A program made the position numbers and the translations under genes. A stretch of 64,000 bases of DNA, from positions 11,718,001 to 11,782,000 of the forward strand of contig CP075495.1 in assembly GCA_021613535.1 (NCBI GenBank). Reading direction: 5' to 3'. Source of the stretch: Adineta vaga (lineage: Eukaryota; Animalia; Rotifera). The notes below the pieces were generated by a model. That model had not been told where the DNA came from. It worked only from the letters and a program-made list of their open reading frames with translations, and searched no databases. Positions 14,018-26,745 of this stretch are shown here, piece by piece; positions within the stretch are counted from its first letter, which is position 1, and each line of letters begins with the position of its first letter.

Positions 14018-14655
14018 ATGACAGCAACGGAAACAAAATTAACGGGTGAAGTAAGCAAAGTTGATCGATCCATTGATCGATTAAAAACTTGTCCATTGTT
14101 ATTACGCGTTTTTTGTAATGCAAATCGTCATCATTTAGCTCGGTTAGTTGTCTTCTATTTGTTTTATTTTTCTATCTAAATGAAAGTTCTATTTGTAGAG
14201 AATATGAAAAAGGACATACACCAGAAAATGAACTCCAAATTTATACTTGGATGGATGCAACATTAGAGGAATTAACTCAATTAATCAAAGAAGTTAATCC
14301 GAAATCTCATCATCGTGGTACACAATTTTCATTTTCAATTGTTTCACCAGATGAAAGAAATAGTTATTATTATCTGACGAATATTGGTAAAACTGAAAAT
14401 GGTCAACGACGACCTGATGATCAAATTCAATTAGCTAATAAACGTTTTCGTGTTGGTGATTATCTTGATGTTGCTATTATTCCAAAGCGACAAGAATCAT
14501 CAGGAATGAATCCACGACGTGATCGACCTCCGCAACAATCATCGGATGATAATAATAATAAAAATAAACGACGTAGTGGTCCTATGAATGAAAGAAATGG
14601 TGGTGGACCAATGCGATCAGCTCCACGAAATGAACGTCGTGATCGTCCATATTAA
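14018..14655 (+). CDS. SAP18: Histone deacetylase complex / ASAP complex subunit SAP18, 2 exons
   Basis: IDRLKTCPLLLRVFC..RHH, ENELQIYTWMDATLEELTQLIKEVNP, RFRVGDYLDVAI, R-rich tail ending RPY. Confidence 0.95.
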
Positions 14656-15147
14656 ATCGATGGAACATTATTCACTATTGTAGCCGTTTGGTGTTTTTCT
14701 TTTCTGTACATGTGAATTTTGTGTTCGTACATTGTGTTTAACATTTCGTCTTTTGTTTTCTTTTTGTTGTTGTTGTTGTTGTTATTGGAGATTCTGAAAA
14801 AAAAGCAAGTGAAATGATGGTTCTTTCTACTTTGCGTTCAAAATACAAGTAGAAAACATTGATTACATATCTATTCTAGAATATTTCTACAATTGAAATC
14901 ATCATATACAAAAAAATTATGGATTAATGCTTGTTGGCTATGAAAATGGAAAAGAACGATGTAAGTGTTGAGATGTACGAATCTAAAATAGTTTTCATTG
15001 ACAAAGTCCACAATTTGAACCTTGTAATTTTCGAAAAGCAGTCGAAGCAATGTTCTTATCTTGTGATCTTTACTCCTTCATTCTGTATCTATTATTTCAA
15101 GGTACTGAAGTATTCAATTGTAGATGATAACTCATAACCATTCACAT

Positions 15148-16683
15148 ATGGTGTCATTTCGAACATTAATTTTAATTATTATTGTTATTCTATCTATCTT
15201 TGTTGCTCGGTATTATGTACCGGTGCATTCACCTGGTCCAATGGCACATCCCTGGAAATATAGAATTATATCCGGTACTTTCGCATTTATACTTGATGTT
15301 GTAAGTTAACTATGAAAAACGTTTATCTCGTTAAAATTTCATATTTTGATTTGTTAGACTCGTTCTTTACAATCTATTATTGGTATTCCATATTATACAC
15401 TATTAAATGTAATGATTGATTCCTTGGATCCAATTAAAATACGTCCATTCGATCATGGTGAAGTATTCGTAAGTAAATCATGATCATGTCGTCTTCTAGA
15501 TATTGCTTCTATTTGAATATTGTATAGTATCATGATCAATATATTGAAAATGTTCTTGTTCGAATATATACACCAAAGAATACTTCGAGTACATCATTAT
15601 TACCAGTTATTATATTCTTTCATGGTGGTGGATTCTTTTTTGGAAGCATTTGTAAATAATAAATTTCATTTCTTTAGTTTTACTTTTATGAAAATCTTTA
15701 TTTCTTCTTTATAGATTCACATGATACAATGAATTATCATTTGTCTATGTATACGGGTGCTAAAGTTATTGGTGTAAAGTAAGTGAGCACTATATATATA
15801 TATATATATATGTACATAAAGAAAGGTTTTGTTTGATATATTCTATTTAGTTATCGTTTAACACCTGGTGTTCATTATCCAATACCAATTGAAGAAGGTG
15901 TAAAAGTAGCAAAATATGTTATTAATAACTATCAAGAATTTTCTATCGATCCTACACATGTCTTTCTGTATGGTGATTCAGCAGGTTTGTCACATCGATT
16001 TACATTTTATATGATGAAAAATTTTCATCTTTCTACTAGGTGGAAATATGGCAGTTGTCGTAGAAAGACATCTTCGACGTGAACAAAAACCGATTGTACG
16101 TGGTGTTCTTCTCCTTTATCCACTATTACAACTTGTACATTATCGTCTCCCATCTTATCTCACTTATTTACCATATCGTCTATTATCATTACTTCGTGAA
16201 GATATGCTTGTACAAGTAGCAAATTTTTATTTAAATACATCATTTTCTGAAGATGAACTTTTCAATAATCGTCATTTATCATTAATCGATTATGAGAATT
16301 TCTATTCCAAACTCAATTTGTCAAATATAGATAAAAATGATGATGATATTCATAAACATCATTCTCTATCTGAATCTTCTCATCCAGATACATGGAAATT
16401 ATTTAATGAAAATATTTCACCTTTACTTGCTGATGATGATATTGTACGAAATAGTCCATCAACATTTATTGTTGCTTGTACATATGATGTTCTTTTTTCC
16501 GATGCTGAATTATATTTCCGACGTTTACAACGATTAGATGTTAAAAATGTTATTTATAGAGAATATCGAATCTTTCATGGTGTGATGACCTTTGTTGATT
16601 TTCCAGTTGCTTTTAATGAAGCTTTTGATATCATTAATGACAGTGCTCAATTCGTAATTAATCAAACTGCATTAGGCAAGTAA
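15148..16683 (+). CDS. Arylacetamide deacetylase / NCEH1-like lipase (HSL family), copy 1, 6 exons
   Basis: N-terminal TM anchor, FFHGGGF, YRLTP, GDSAGGN, LLYPLLQ, SPLLA, YDVL and IFHG catalytic elements. Alternative in-frame ATG at 15124. Confidence 0.88.
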
Positions 16684-17126
16684 GAAAAGAAGCAATCGAA
16701 TGTATTTGTTTTTGTCAGAATGTTTTTCTTTCTTTTTATTTTATTAATTCATGAAAATAAATGTACGTATATCTTTGCTGATTACGTTTGTTTCTATTTA
16801 CGAATTATCTATTTTAAAATACTCACTTTGGTTTGCAAAGTACGATATCGTACGAATCAACCCATTATGATCAGTTTTGTTTTATAGTATGGTCTCATAT
16901 TCTCTATTGGATGATTTTCTCTCGCGAAGGAAGTGTATCTTTTTTAATTTGATTCATACGAATGCGTTTACCTATAGTTAATGAAAAATAAATGACTCGT
17001 TCTCATGCGTTTACTATTCTCAAAGAACGATTTTCTATGACATTATTTACCTGTAGGACGTAACGAAAGTGTGATTGATGACGAACTATTAGTCAATATT
17101 AAAATATGTCATATTTTAGATAATAT

Positions 17127-18666
17127 ATGTCTCGTACAGTACAGCGTATAGCTATCATTGGCGCCATTACGGCAAGTATCATGGCCTATCTGTGGCATAC
17201 ACCAAATAGTGAAGGAATCGAACAATTGAATCGTATCCGAGCATTGACTGCATCAATGAAAATTACCTATTGGATTGTATGTTAGATGGAGTTTTGTTTG
17301 TTTTACTCAATTGTTCGTTTATTCTAGGGTAGAACAGCTGAAGATTCGGCATTTCTGATCGTATTTCAGTTGTACGTAAAGTATCGGGTTTGACTCGGCA
17401 CCTGAAAGATTCAAAAGATGATGATGGTCTTCATGTAAAAGAAATATATATTCTCTCTTTGACTTTAATCTTTTCTGTTCTATTTTTAGATTGAAAATAC
17501 TTTGATTGAAAATATCCCAGTTCGAATTGCTCGTCCAAAAAATAGTAATGAAAATTTACCAGCAATTGTTTTCTTTCACGGTGGCGCATTTTATATGGGA
17601 TCAGTGGGTACGTTTGAATTTTTCAATGAATATAAATATATTTTACTAATCGATGTATGTAATCATAGATACACACAATTCACTTACAAGTGGTTTAGCA
17701 CGATTAGCTAATGTAGTCGTTATTTCTGTTGAGTAAGTAGTAATTCATTGTATAAATAAATATTTACAATATGCTGTTTAGTTATCGTCTTGCACCAGAA
17801 AACCCTTTTCCAGCTGGTCTTGACGATTGTTATACGGTAACTAAACATATACTTGAACATGGTAGTTCGGCAAAATATCGTATCGATACAAATCGTGTTG
17901 CTATTGCTGGTGATTCAGCTGGTAAGTTTAGTTTCAGTTAGCTAATGATCATTCGATGGAGAATAATGTTATGACTTGTTGTTGATATCAAAGAAACTCT
18001 AGTACTATTATTTTTATTTGTCATATTTTAGGTGGAAATTTTGCTGCCGTCATTGCAATGCGTTTTGCTAACAATCCTGTTAGTGAATACAAACCACGTC
18101 TTCAAATTCTTATTTATCCTGTATTACAACTTGTCGATATGATGCTTCCATCTTATATGGGTAATCATTATGAATTTTTTCGATATACAGTCGATCATAC
18201 ATTAACAAATTACTTCAATAAGCCTATTGATAAATCCGTATATGCCAATAATCATTTAAGTGTACAACAGAAGAAACAATATCGTAAATATGTGGATTGG
18301 ACTTTGATACCGTCAAAGTATCGAACAGTTTATAAACGACCACTTACAGATGATAAAGAGGGTGATCCAGAATTGATTGAAAACGCAAAACAAGTTCTTA
18401 ATCCGGAAGTGTCTCCTTTACTCGTTGATGATGAACAATTAGCTAAATTGCCATCGACTTATATTGTAAGTGTCGGTCATGATCGTCTACGTGATGAGGC
18501 ATTCATCTATGAAGGTCGCCTCAAACGTACCGGTGTATCAGTTGTTCACAATCATTATGAGAATATATTTCATGGATCGATCGGTTTTATAAATGGACCA
18601 TTTGCTTTGGATATCTCTCAAAGAATGGTTGATGATGTGGTTAAATATATCAAAGAAAATTTATGA
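17127..18666 (+). CDS. Arylacetamide deacetylase / NCEH1-like lipase, copy 2; one-base deletion in exon 2 as assembled
   Basis: FFHGGAF, YRLAPENPFPAGLDDC, AGDSAGGN, LIYPVLQ, SPLL, HDRLRDE, FHG. Exon 2 (17328-17434) is 107 nt between two phase-0 introns. Confidence 0.85.
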
Positions 18667-19357
18667 AGAATGAGATTAAATTTAGTTGCTTTTTTTCTTT
18701 TATATAAAAACTTCCTTTTTTTTATTTTCAAAATTTATATTCAACATAGTGTTTTTGACTTTCTTTTGAATAAAATGCTTTAAGAAAGGTGAATTCAACA
18801 ACTGACTTTAATAAATTAAAATAGAGCCATCCCAACCGACTTTGTAATGTCCTAGCTATGCTGATAATCGCGTGTTATGTAATTCACAGAAGAATCTCCT
18901 GAAGAGAGACAACTAATATTGTTCTATTCTTTCTTCTTATAAATTATCTCTCTCAAATTGATTGTTAAAGTTGATAGATGTCGGCTGTATTCAGTAGTTG
19001 AAAACTATTCGTTTTTATAGTTTTTAAATAATTTATTTCTGTGATTTCTATTCAGAAAAAGAGTTACTATCGGATATAACTATGCGAATTTTTTGAAAAA
19101 GATGATCTTTTCAACCAATTAAAGTTTAAATGAGTGTATTCGGATGTCGATGACACATCATCATCAATACACGTACTAGTGTTCTCGTTCGCACTCGTAC
19201 GCACCAAGGAAAAGTATGAATTATTATAGTACAAAGTCTAACTCTATTAGATATTTAAATTTAATGCATCAGCGTGTCATGAATCAGTATTGTGGTAGCT
19301 AAGTTTGAAGGAAGTCATATATATATTTACCTGAATCTGCGTAGTTTTATTGCACAA

Positions 19358-20105
19358 ATGAATGAGCAATCAGATATCATCGAATTACCAGCTATACCAG
19401 CTGATGCTCCTGAATGGGTACGTGTTTTACCATCAAGTGGTCGTTTCGTTGATCGTACTAAACTTTATGACATAACTGGTCATATTTTATTTGATTCCTT
19501 ACTCAATTCTAATGGCATTCGACATTTTTATTATTTTATGAATACTGAACAACATGTTCAACGAGCACAAAGAGCATTTAATGGTGCTTTGACAAGTCCA
19601 CTTTCACCTATTCATGATGATTCAACAGATAATGATGATTTAGAAGTTCGTGTGGCTTTTCATCTTGGTGAAGGTATCTGTGGACATAAAGGCATTGTGT
19701 AAGTCTTCACATTTGATTTGAATTATTATTATTATTATTATTATTTCATTTTGTCAATAGACATGGTGGATTAACAGCAACAATGCTTGATGAAGTTAGT
19801 GGTGCTGCTGCGTAAGTGAAATGGACAAAAACAATCGATTTAATTTGAATTTTCTTCCATTTAGATTTTCTTGTGTTGGTCCTTGTTTTACAGCGAATTT
19901 AAATATCGATTATATCAAACCATTGAAGACACCTGCGTGGGTTCTAGTTCGTGCTCATGTAGAACGTCATGAAGGTCGAAAAGTTTATATACACGGTACT
20001 GTCGAGAATGGTGAAGGTGTTGTTTATGCTAAATCTATAGCTTTATTTATTAAACCAAAAGTACCGGTGAAAGAACACGCTGAACAAAATCAAGCAAAAC
20101 AATAG
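19358..20105 (+). CDS. Hotdog-fold acyl-CoA thioesterase (PaaI/THEM4-like), 3 exons
   Basis: Spliced product contains LGEGICGHKGIVHGGLTATMLDE, FTANLNIDYIKP and EGRKVYI. Confidence 0.85.
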
Positions 20106-20450
20106 CTTTCATTCTTTTTTCATTGTTCATCTATGATGTATTTGAACGAATTTTGTTTTCATTTGAAATTCGAATATTTTACTCACACACCTTTGTGATA
20201 TTCAACGATGAATCTCTGTGCAGATTTTCTTTTTCTCTTTTGTTTTTCTTTATTCCTCTTGTGTTACAGTATTATATCAGGACAAAAGAAAAACGTTTAA
20301 TAAACATAAAAATACTTTATTGCTTACTTTCTATTATATCTGCAGATAAAAAATCGAACGTTATGGAATAAACTTGTTTTCACCAATGATAGTTCATAGT
20401 CATGCTAATAGATTTATTTTGCAAGTAATTATCTTTAATCAACTATTCTT

Positions 20451-21664
20451 ATGAAGACAACTGATGTTTGTGGCTTTTATACAATGTTAAGTTTTCTTGT
20501 TAAAATTCTTTGTTTAACATTATTGATATTTATTTATTGTGAATTTATAATTTATTATTTTGTTTTATTGGGTTGTTCATGGCCACAATTATCGAAACTT
20601 GAACAAGATTTTACTATTCAACCACCAAGAGATGCGAATAAAAAACCATTACATGTTATGTTAATCACAGATACTCATTTATTTTGTTCTCAAAAAGGTC
20701 ATTGGTTTAATAGATTACGTCGTGAATGGCAAATATATCGTTCATTTCAATCAGCACAATTTTTATTTGAACCACAATTAGTTTTTCTTCTTGGTGATGT
20801 AACAACGGATGGTCAATGGTGTTCAGATCGTGAATGGAATAGAACTGTAGAAAGATTTCATTCTCTATTTTCCTTATCAACTGATACACGTTTATATGTT
20901 CTTCCTGGTAATCATGATATTGGCTTTCATCATGAAGTTACTGATGGTCATTTGAAACGTTTTGAGCAATCATTTCAAGCACCACATGTTCGTTTATTAA
21001 CCATTAATGATGATGAAATACATTTTGTACTGATTAATTCAGTAGCATTCGAAGGCGATCAATGTCGTTTATGTGAACGTGCAGATCATGAATTGAATGA
21101 AGTTGTGAATGAACTAAAACGAACAGGTGCATGGACAAAACCTATATTATTATCACATTTTCCTCTATATCGTACATCAGATGTTAACTGTTCACAATCA
21201 TCATCTGGATCATTGAAGGTAACATTATAGAAAATAAAAAGAATTTCATGATGTATATTTCTTCTAAATATTAGACTTATTCACACTATCCACTTCATCG
21301 AGAACGTCTTGATGTTGTTTCACAAGATGCAACTGAACATCTTTTAAATATGATTAAACCTCGTCTTATCTTCTCCGGTCATACTCATAGGTATTGTTCT
21401 ACAGAACATAATATTGTATCTGGTAAAATGATACCAGAATGGACTATTCCTTCATTTTCTTGGCAAAATCAAGATGATCCATCATTTATATTATTAACAA
21501 TTACAACAAATAATCAACGTGTTTCTCATTGTTATTTACCACGTGAAACAACAATATTTTGGTCATATGCTATTGGTGCTTTTCTTCTTATGTTTTATAT
21601 GTTAATTGGAGGACGAAGACCATTCTATTTGTTAGCCTTTTGTTTTTCTAAAAAAAAATCTTAA
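20451..21664 (+). CDS. MPPE1: Metallophosphoesterase 1 (PGAP5, GPI remodelling), 2 exons
   Basis: YCEF..YY..L..CSWP, DTHL, GHW..RLRREWQ, LGD, GNHDIGFH, SHFPLY, FSGHTH, PSFSW, C-terminal TM and a KKXX-like end (KKKS). Confidence 0.92.
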
Positions 21665-21716
21665 AATATAGAAGAAGAAAAAAAATCAAAACTAAATCGA
21701 TTCTATTGTATTACAG

Positions 21717-21968
21717 ATGGGTGATGATTTAAATCAAATGATTATGTCTATGGCAAAAGAACGAGGTTTAGAGAAAACATTTTGTCCATCAGAAATTGCT
21801 CGACAATTATCATCCAAAGAGGATGAATGGCGTGCTTGGATGGAACCTATTCGAATAGCTGCAATTAAACTTATTGATCAAGATCTATTAGTATGCAAAC
21901 AACATGGTAACATTGTTGATATACGAACAGTAAAAGGACCTATTCGATTACAAATCACCAAACATTAA
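21717..21968 (+). CDS. DUF3253-family small protein (bacterial/fungal type), intronless
   Basis: RGLEKTFCPSEIAR, EWRAWMEPIR.AA and VD..TVKGPIRL match the DUF3253 signature as recalled; AATAAA ~20 nt after the stop. Confidence 0.85.
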   Translation: MGDDLNQMIMSMAKERGLEKTFCPSEIARQLSSKEDEWRAWMEPIRIAAIKLIDQDLLVCKQHGNIVDIRTVKGPIRLQITKH

Positions 21969-22284
21969 CATCACATATATATATGTCAATAAATTGAAAT
22001 GTTTATCTCAAATATTTCTATTTGATGATCAGTCGAAGAGAATGAATCATTAGAGAACGATATTTATTCTTTATTTTGTTTTTATTTTTTGTCAAGAGAA
22101 CTTTTGTTTGATGCATCGGGTGAATGTTTTTTAAAAACGAGTGTTATCAACAATAACAATAATAACAACGAACGACAACAAGAGTATAGAATAAGTAGAA
22201 AAAAAACCAAACTCACACACACGCACACGATTGCCTACGGGAGAAAAAGAGAGTTTAGTTCATTCATTTGTTCGTATGCGAGAA

Positions 22285-24750
22285 TCAATCTTTGTTTGAT
22301 TCATCCGTTGGTTTATTTTCATCGTCATCCTTCTTCTTCTTGCCATCACCTTGACCACCTGATTCAGTTAATGTACTTGCTTTCTTTGTACCTGATACAA
22401 TATCATCAATACGAAGTAATAAAATAGCAGTCTAAATTGAAATAGAAAATATTCCTATAAAATCAAATAAAAAATCAAAGTCAATTTTTACTTCAATAGC
22501 TGTTTTGATTGTTTGCATTTTGACAGCAATAGGTTCCCAAATACCAAATTTATGCATATCAACTAATTGACCAGTTTCACCATCGATACCCCATGAAAAT
22601 TGATCAGCCTGTTGATGATGTTTAGCGCGAAGTGTAGTTAATTGCTTAATAACATTACCACCACAGTTTTGTATTAATGTTCGAGGAATAATTTCTAATG
22701 CTCGACTAACTGCTTTGTATGGATATTTTTCGACACCTTTGAAAAATTCATCATTTGATGTACCTTCACTGCTGCTCATAGCATCAAGAGCTCTAGAATC
22801 GAAGATAATATATATATATATATATATAGTCTTTTAAAATAAATGAACAAACCTTGAAAGTGCCATTTCAACAGCACCACCACCTGGTGTTAAACGTGGT
22901 TCAAGCATAACATTACGTGTAACATTCATAGCATCTTGAAAATTACGTTCAATTTCATTCAAAACATCCTTATTTGCACCACGTAAGATAATTGTGCATG
23001 CTTTAGGATTTTTACATTGATCGAAGAATGTATAATATCTAGAAAAACACAGAAAGAAAATGTAATTCTTCTGAGAATATTATTTTCTAGCTACTTACTC
23101 ATCACCAATTTTTCGTATTTCAAAAAGACCACAGCCAGTACCAACATCTTCTTCTTTCAAATCACCTGTATCATTAACAATAGTAGCACCTGTTGCTCGT
23201 GAAATTCGATTGTTATCCGATTTTTTTGTTCGACGAACAGCTGAAATACCAGCAGCAGCCAAGTAATGAGCAGCAACATCTAATTAGATAAACAGACGCA
23301 TTACCGAACTGACTAGACCATTTTCATAGATGATTGTCTTTACCAGAAATGCCTTTTTCTGTAACAACTACATCAGGTTTGACAGCAATAATATCCTGAC
23401 ACATGGCACGAATGCTTTCTTCTTCCAATTGTAACATTCGTCTATATGAAAATTAAGTTTATTTCAAATCTTCATCTTTTATATACATACGTAAAATCAG
23501 GTTCACCACTAAATTCAAGTGATGTTTGACTTTCACCTTTCTTGTATTCAAGTGAACAATCAAGTAAAACAATACGAGGATTTTCAAGACGTCTAAATAT
23601 TTGTAAATATGAAAATTAAAGTTACTTTATTCAATAACTCGTTTTCTATACCGTTTCATTTTTGGATGAACAACATCTTTGTTTAACATACAACCTTTAA
23701 GTAAATATGAATCTTCAATTGAACCGCCCGGAATCTAAATCAAACTCCGTCGAATATAAAAAATATCTTAATGATTCGACCACAAACCTTTTCGAAACGA
23801 GCATAACGTTTAATATCAATTTCGCGTCGACCATTCTCATCAATCATAACTGTTTGTACGGCATCAAGCGAAATTTGACAAGCTAAATCGCTCCTAAATA
23901 ATAAAATAAATAATAATAAGGAAATAAAAACATTCTTTAAAACAAACCATCGTGATAAATATTTTGTACCAATACAACTTTTAACAACACGTAACATTTC
24001 TTCACGATTTTTCACATCAATCGGTATGCTTGCTTTTGTCTTCATGATTTCAATACAATCTTCAAGTGCTTTACGGTAAGCACGAATAATGACTGTTGCA
24101 TGTAAACCTTGTTGAAGATACTGTTCAGTCTGAGCCAATAATTCACCAGCTATGTGAAAAAAACAAATTTAACATTTATTAGCCATTGTTTTTGTAAATT
24201 ACCTAAAATGATGACACTTGTTGTTCCATCACCAACTTCTTCATCTTGGGTTCGACTAATTTCAATCATCGATTTACCAGCTGGATGTTGAACTTGAATC
24301 TAAAAAAAGAAGGGAAATAGTCTCGATAGAACATTGCAAAAGAAATCAATGTTACGTACTTCACGTAAAATAGCATTACCATCGTTGGTCAAGACAATGC
24401 CACCCATTGGATCAAGAACCATCTATTCGGCGGAGAAAAAAGATGATATGAAAGAAATTCAAAAAAATAAATATGTGTACTTTGAGCATAGCTCGTGGCC
24501 CAAGACATGTACGAATAGTATCGGCAATGGTCTTTAAAATAGAAATATCATAACTAAGAGAAAAAATGGCAATGAAAATAATACTTTAGCAGCAAAGATA
24601 TTGCTGAATTGAGCCTTTTTTCCTTGATCACGTTTTGTATTAGCGTCTAGAAAATTAACAATTAATTAGATTAATTAGTTGATTAGAAAAAATGAGGAAA
24701 TTACTTAAAACCATTATTGGTTGAGAACTACCACCACCTCCGAGCATCAT
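22285..24750 (-). CDS. CCT3: T-complex protein 1 subunit gamma, multi-exon
   Basis: IRTCLGPRAML, GIVLTNDGNAILRE, EVGDGTTSVI, EIDIKRYARFEK, LEYKKGESQT, ALEIIPRTLIQNCG, IWEP.AVK.QT.KTAIETAILLLRIDDIVSG. Confidence 0.96.
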
Positions 24751-25523
24751 TTTGAATGTATTTAAATTAAAATCTGTTCAATCTATGTGTAAAGAAAGAA
24801 AATGAAAAAAGAAAAGAAACTAGTATATACACGCAATGGAATGAGTAAATGAAAGAAGAATCTTCTGTTTATTCCTCGATTTACCATTATAGTCCACCGT
24901 TGTCAGGATAACGACGGAGTGGTTAATTGTTGGTAACCTATTAAATACGAACTATCGTAAACTACTGACATCTATCGATAAAGTTATATTTTTCTCTTAG
25001 GTAGCTTATTATTTAGTAGAATTCAATTTTTCAAACTTGAAATTGTCTTCTACGACTTTAGTTCTATCAAATATTTCCTTTTAAAGATTGTAAGAATGTT
25101 TGATCAACATTATGTATTATTCTTTTGACGAAAAAAAACGTAACAATATGGTAAGCAGAAATGTATTTGAAGTATATATGAGTGCACTTTTGTTGTTCAT
25201 GAAAGTCTGTTATTTACATAATTTAACTTGTTCAATTCATTTGTTGAGTAGAAGTATTTAGTGTCCTGGTACGGATGCCTTTAGCTTTTAAACATAACAT
25301 TGTTATTCTTGTTCTTTTACTTCTTTTTTTAACATAAGAACGTGTGTATTGAGTGAAAGTGACGAAAGAAAAAGTAACCAAGACAATCTTATTTTTTCAT
25401 TCTTTTCTCACTTCTTTTTTCTTCTTCTTCTTCTTCTTCATCTTCTTCAGACATCAACAACGAACAGAAGCAGTTAGAAACAGAAACGAATTGATTACTG
25501 TAATAGCTACTGATTATTAGACA

Positions 25524-25997
25524 ATGGTTGATAATGAATCTTCGAAATCTCCAGTACCAAATCGTTCAATTTCATTTGTTCGAATAAATTCTTCGAAACA
25601 AACACGTTCAGATTCATTCATATTTCCTAATGGTGATCAGTATGTCGGAGAATATATTATTACCGATGAAGCTCATATAATGCGTCATGGTCAAGGTAAA
25701 CATACAAGTGCGGATCAACAACTTATATATGAAGGTACATGGAAACAAGATAAAATGCACGGGACAGGACGATTAATATATGGAAATGGAACAAGTTATG
25801 ATGGAGAATTTCAATCGAACTTTTTCGAAGGTTTAGGAACTTATACATGGCCTGATGGAGGACAATATACAGGCCTATGGAAAAAATCAAGACCGATAGG
25901 TAAAGCAGAATATATTGGACCAAAATTAGGTGTACCATTTGTTGGTATAGCGAATGGACAACAAGCACATATGCGGTATAAAGTGTCTTCTATGTAA
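25524..25997 (+). CDS. MORN-repeat protein (MORN2-like)
   Basis: MORN repeats YEGTWKQDKMHGTG, YDGEFQSNFFEGLG and YTGLW; small size as in MORN2. Confidence 0.8.
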   Translation: MVDNESSKSPVPNRSISFVRINSSKQTRSDSFIFPNGDQYVGEYIITDEAHIMRHGQGKHTSADQQLIYEGTWKQDKMHGTGRLIYGNGTSYDGEFQSNFFEGLGTYTWPDGGQYTGLWKKSRPIGKAEYIGPKLGVPFVGIANGQQAHMRYKVSSM

Positions 25998-26745
25998 AAA
26001 AAAAAGATGTTCTTTCATATCAACGAATATACAAACTCGGTGTAATAATAGATGTTATTGATTTTATTTTGTCTTCATATATAAATGAATTCATTTCTTA
26101 TTAATAATACGTTAATAAGAATGATATAATAACAGAGTAATTGAAAACTTATTGAAGCGATTACAAACATGCAATGATATAAATCATATAATTAAAGATT
26201 TGATTCTTCGCTTTATTAGTAATATATGTTTCTCTACTGATGTATAATTTAGCGATACTGCAAATAGAATCATCACTATTATTTGCGTAAAGACGAAAGT
26301 ATTGCTATTCTCTTGTGAATCTTTCTCTATGTCAAATGTCAGGATATCTTACTAGATGAGTACTGAACATTCGTTAAACAGAAGAGCGATATTTTATTTT
26401 GTATCAAAATTAACTAATTTTTTATCAACGAAAAATCTCTTTAAAAAATATTAACAACTACTTTTTATTTGTCATTTAGTGACCTCTTCTTCGGAGAAAG
26501 CGCTTTTGTAGAAGTTGCTCCTATGCAACGCATCGTATTGATGGTTGTAGGTTGGAGACAAACATCAGGAAGAGAAAAGACAGCTCGCCTGAATACAACA
26601 AGAGCGAATAGAAAAACGGAGCCTTACATAAATTTATTTATCTTGTTCATCTTATTTTTCTTTCTCATAGATTTTTAATCTTTCTTCTCCTTTTTTCGTC
26701 TTGATTTCATTGAATAAATATTGGTCATAATCAAAGGTATCAACT

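Noticed and set aside
21664-21717. MPPE1-DUF3253 read-through fusion protein
   Set aside because: The two ORFs are out of frame, the gap contains stops, and MPPE1 ends with a plausible KKXX retrieval signal.
8664-21968. Bacterial or fungal contamination as the source of the foreign-looking genes
   Set aside because: The antiporters and thioesterase carry host-type short introns and match host composition; all are interleaved with metazoan genes.
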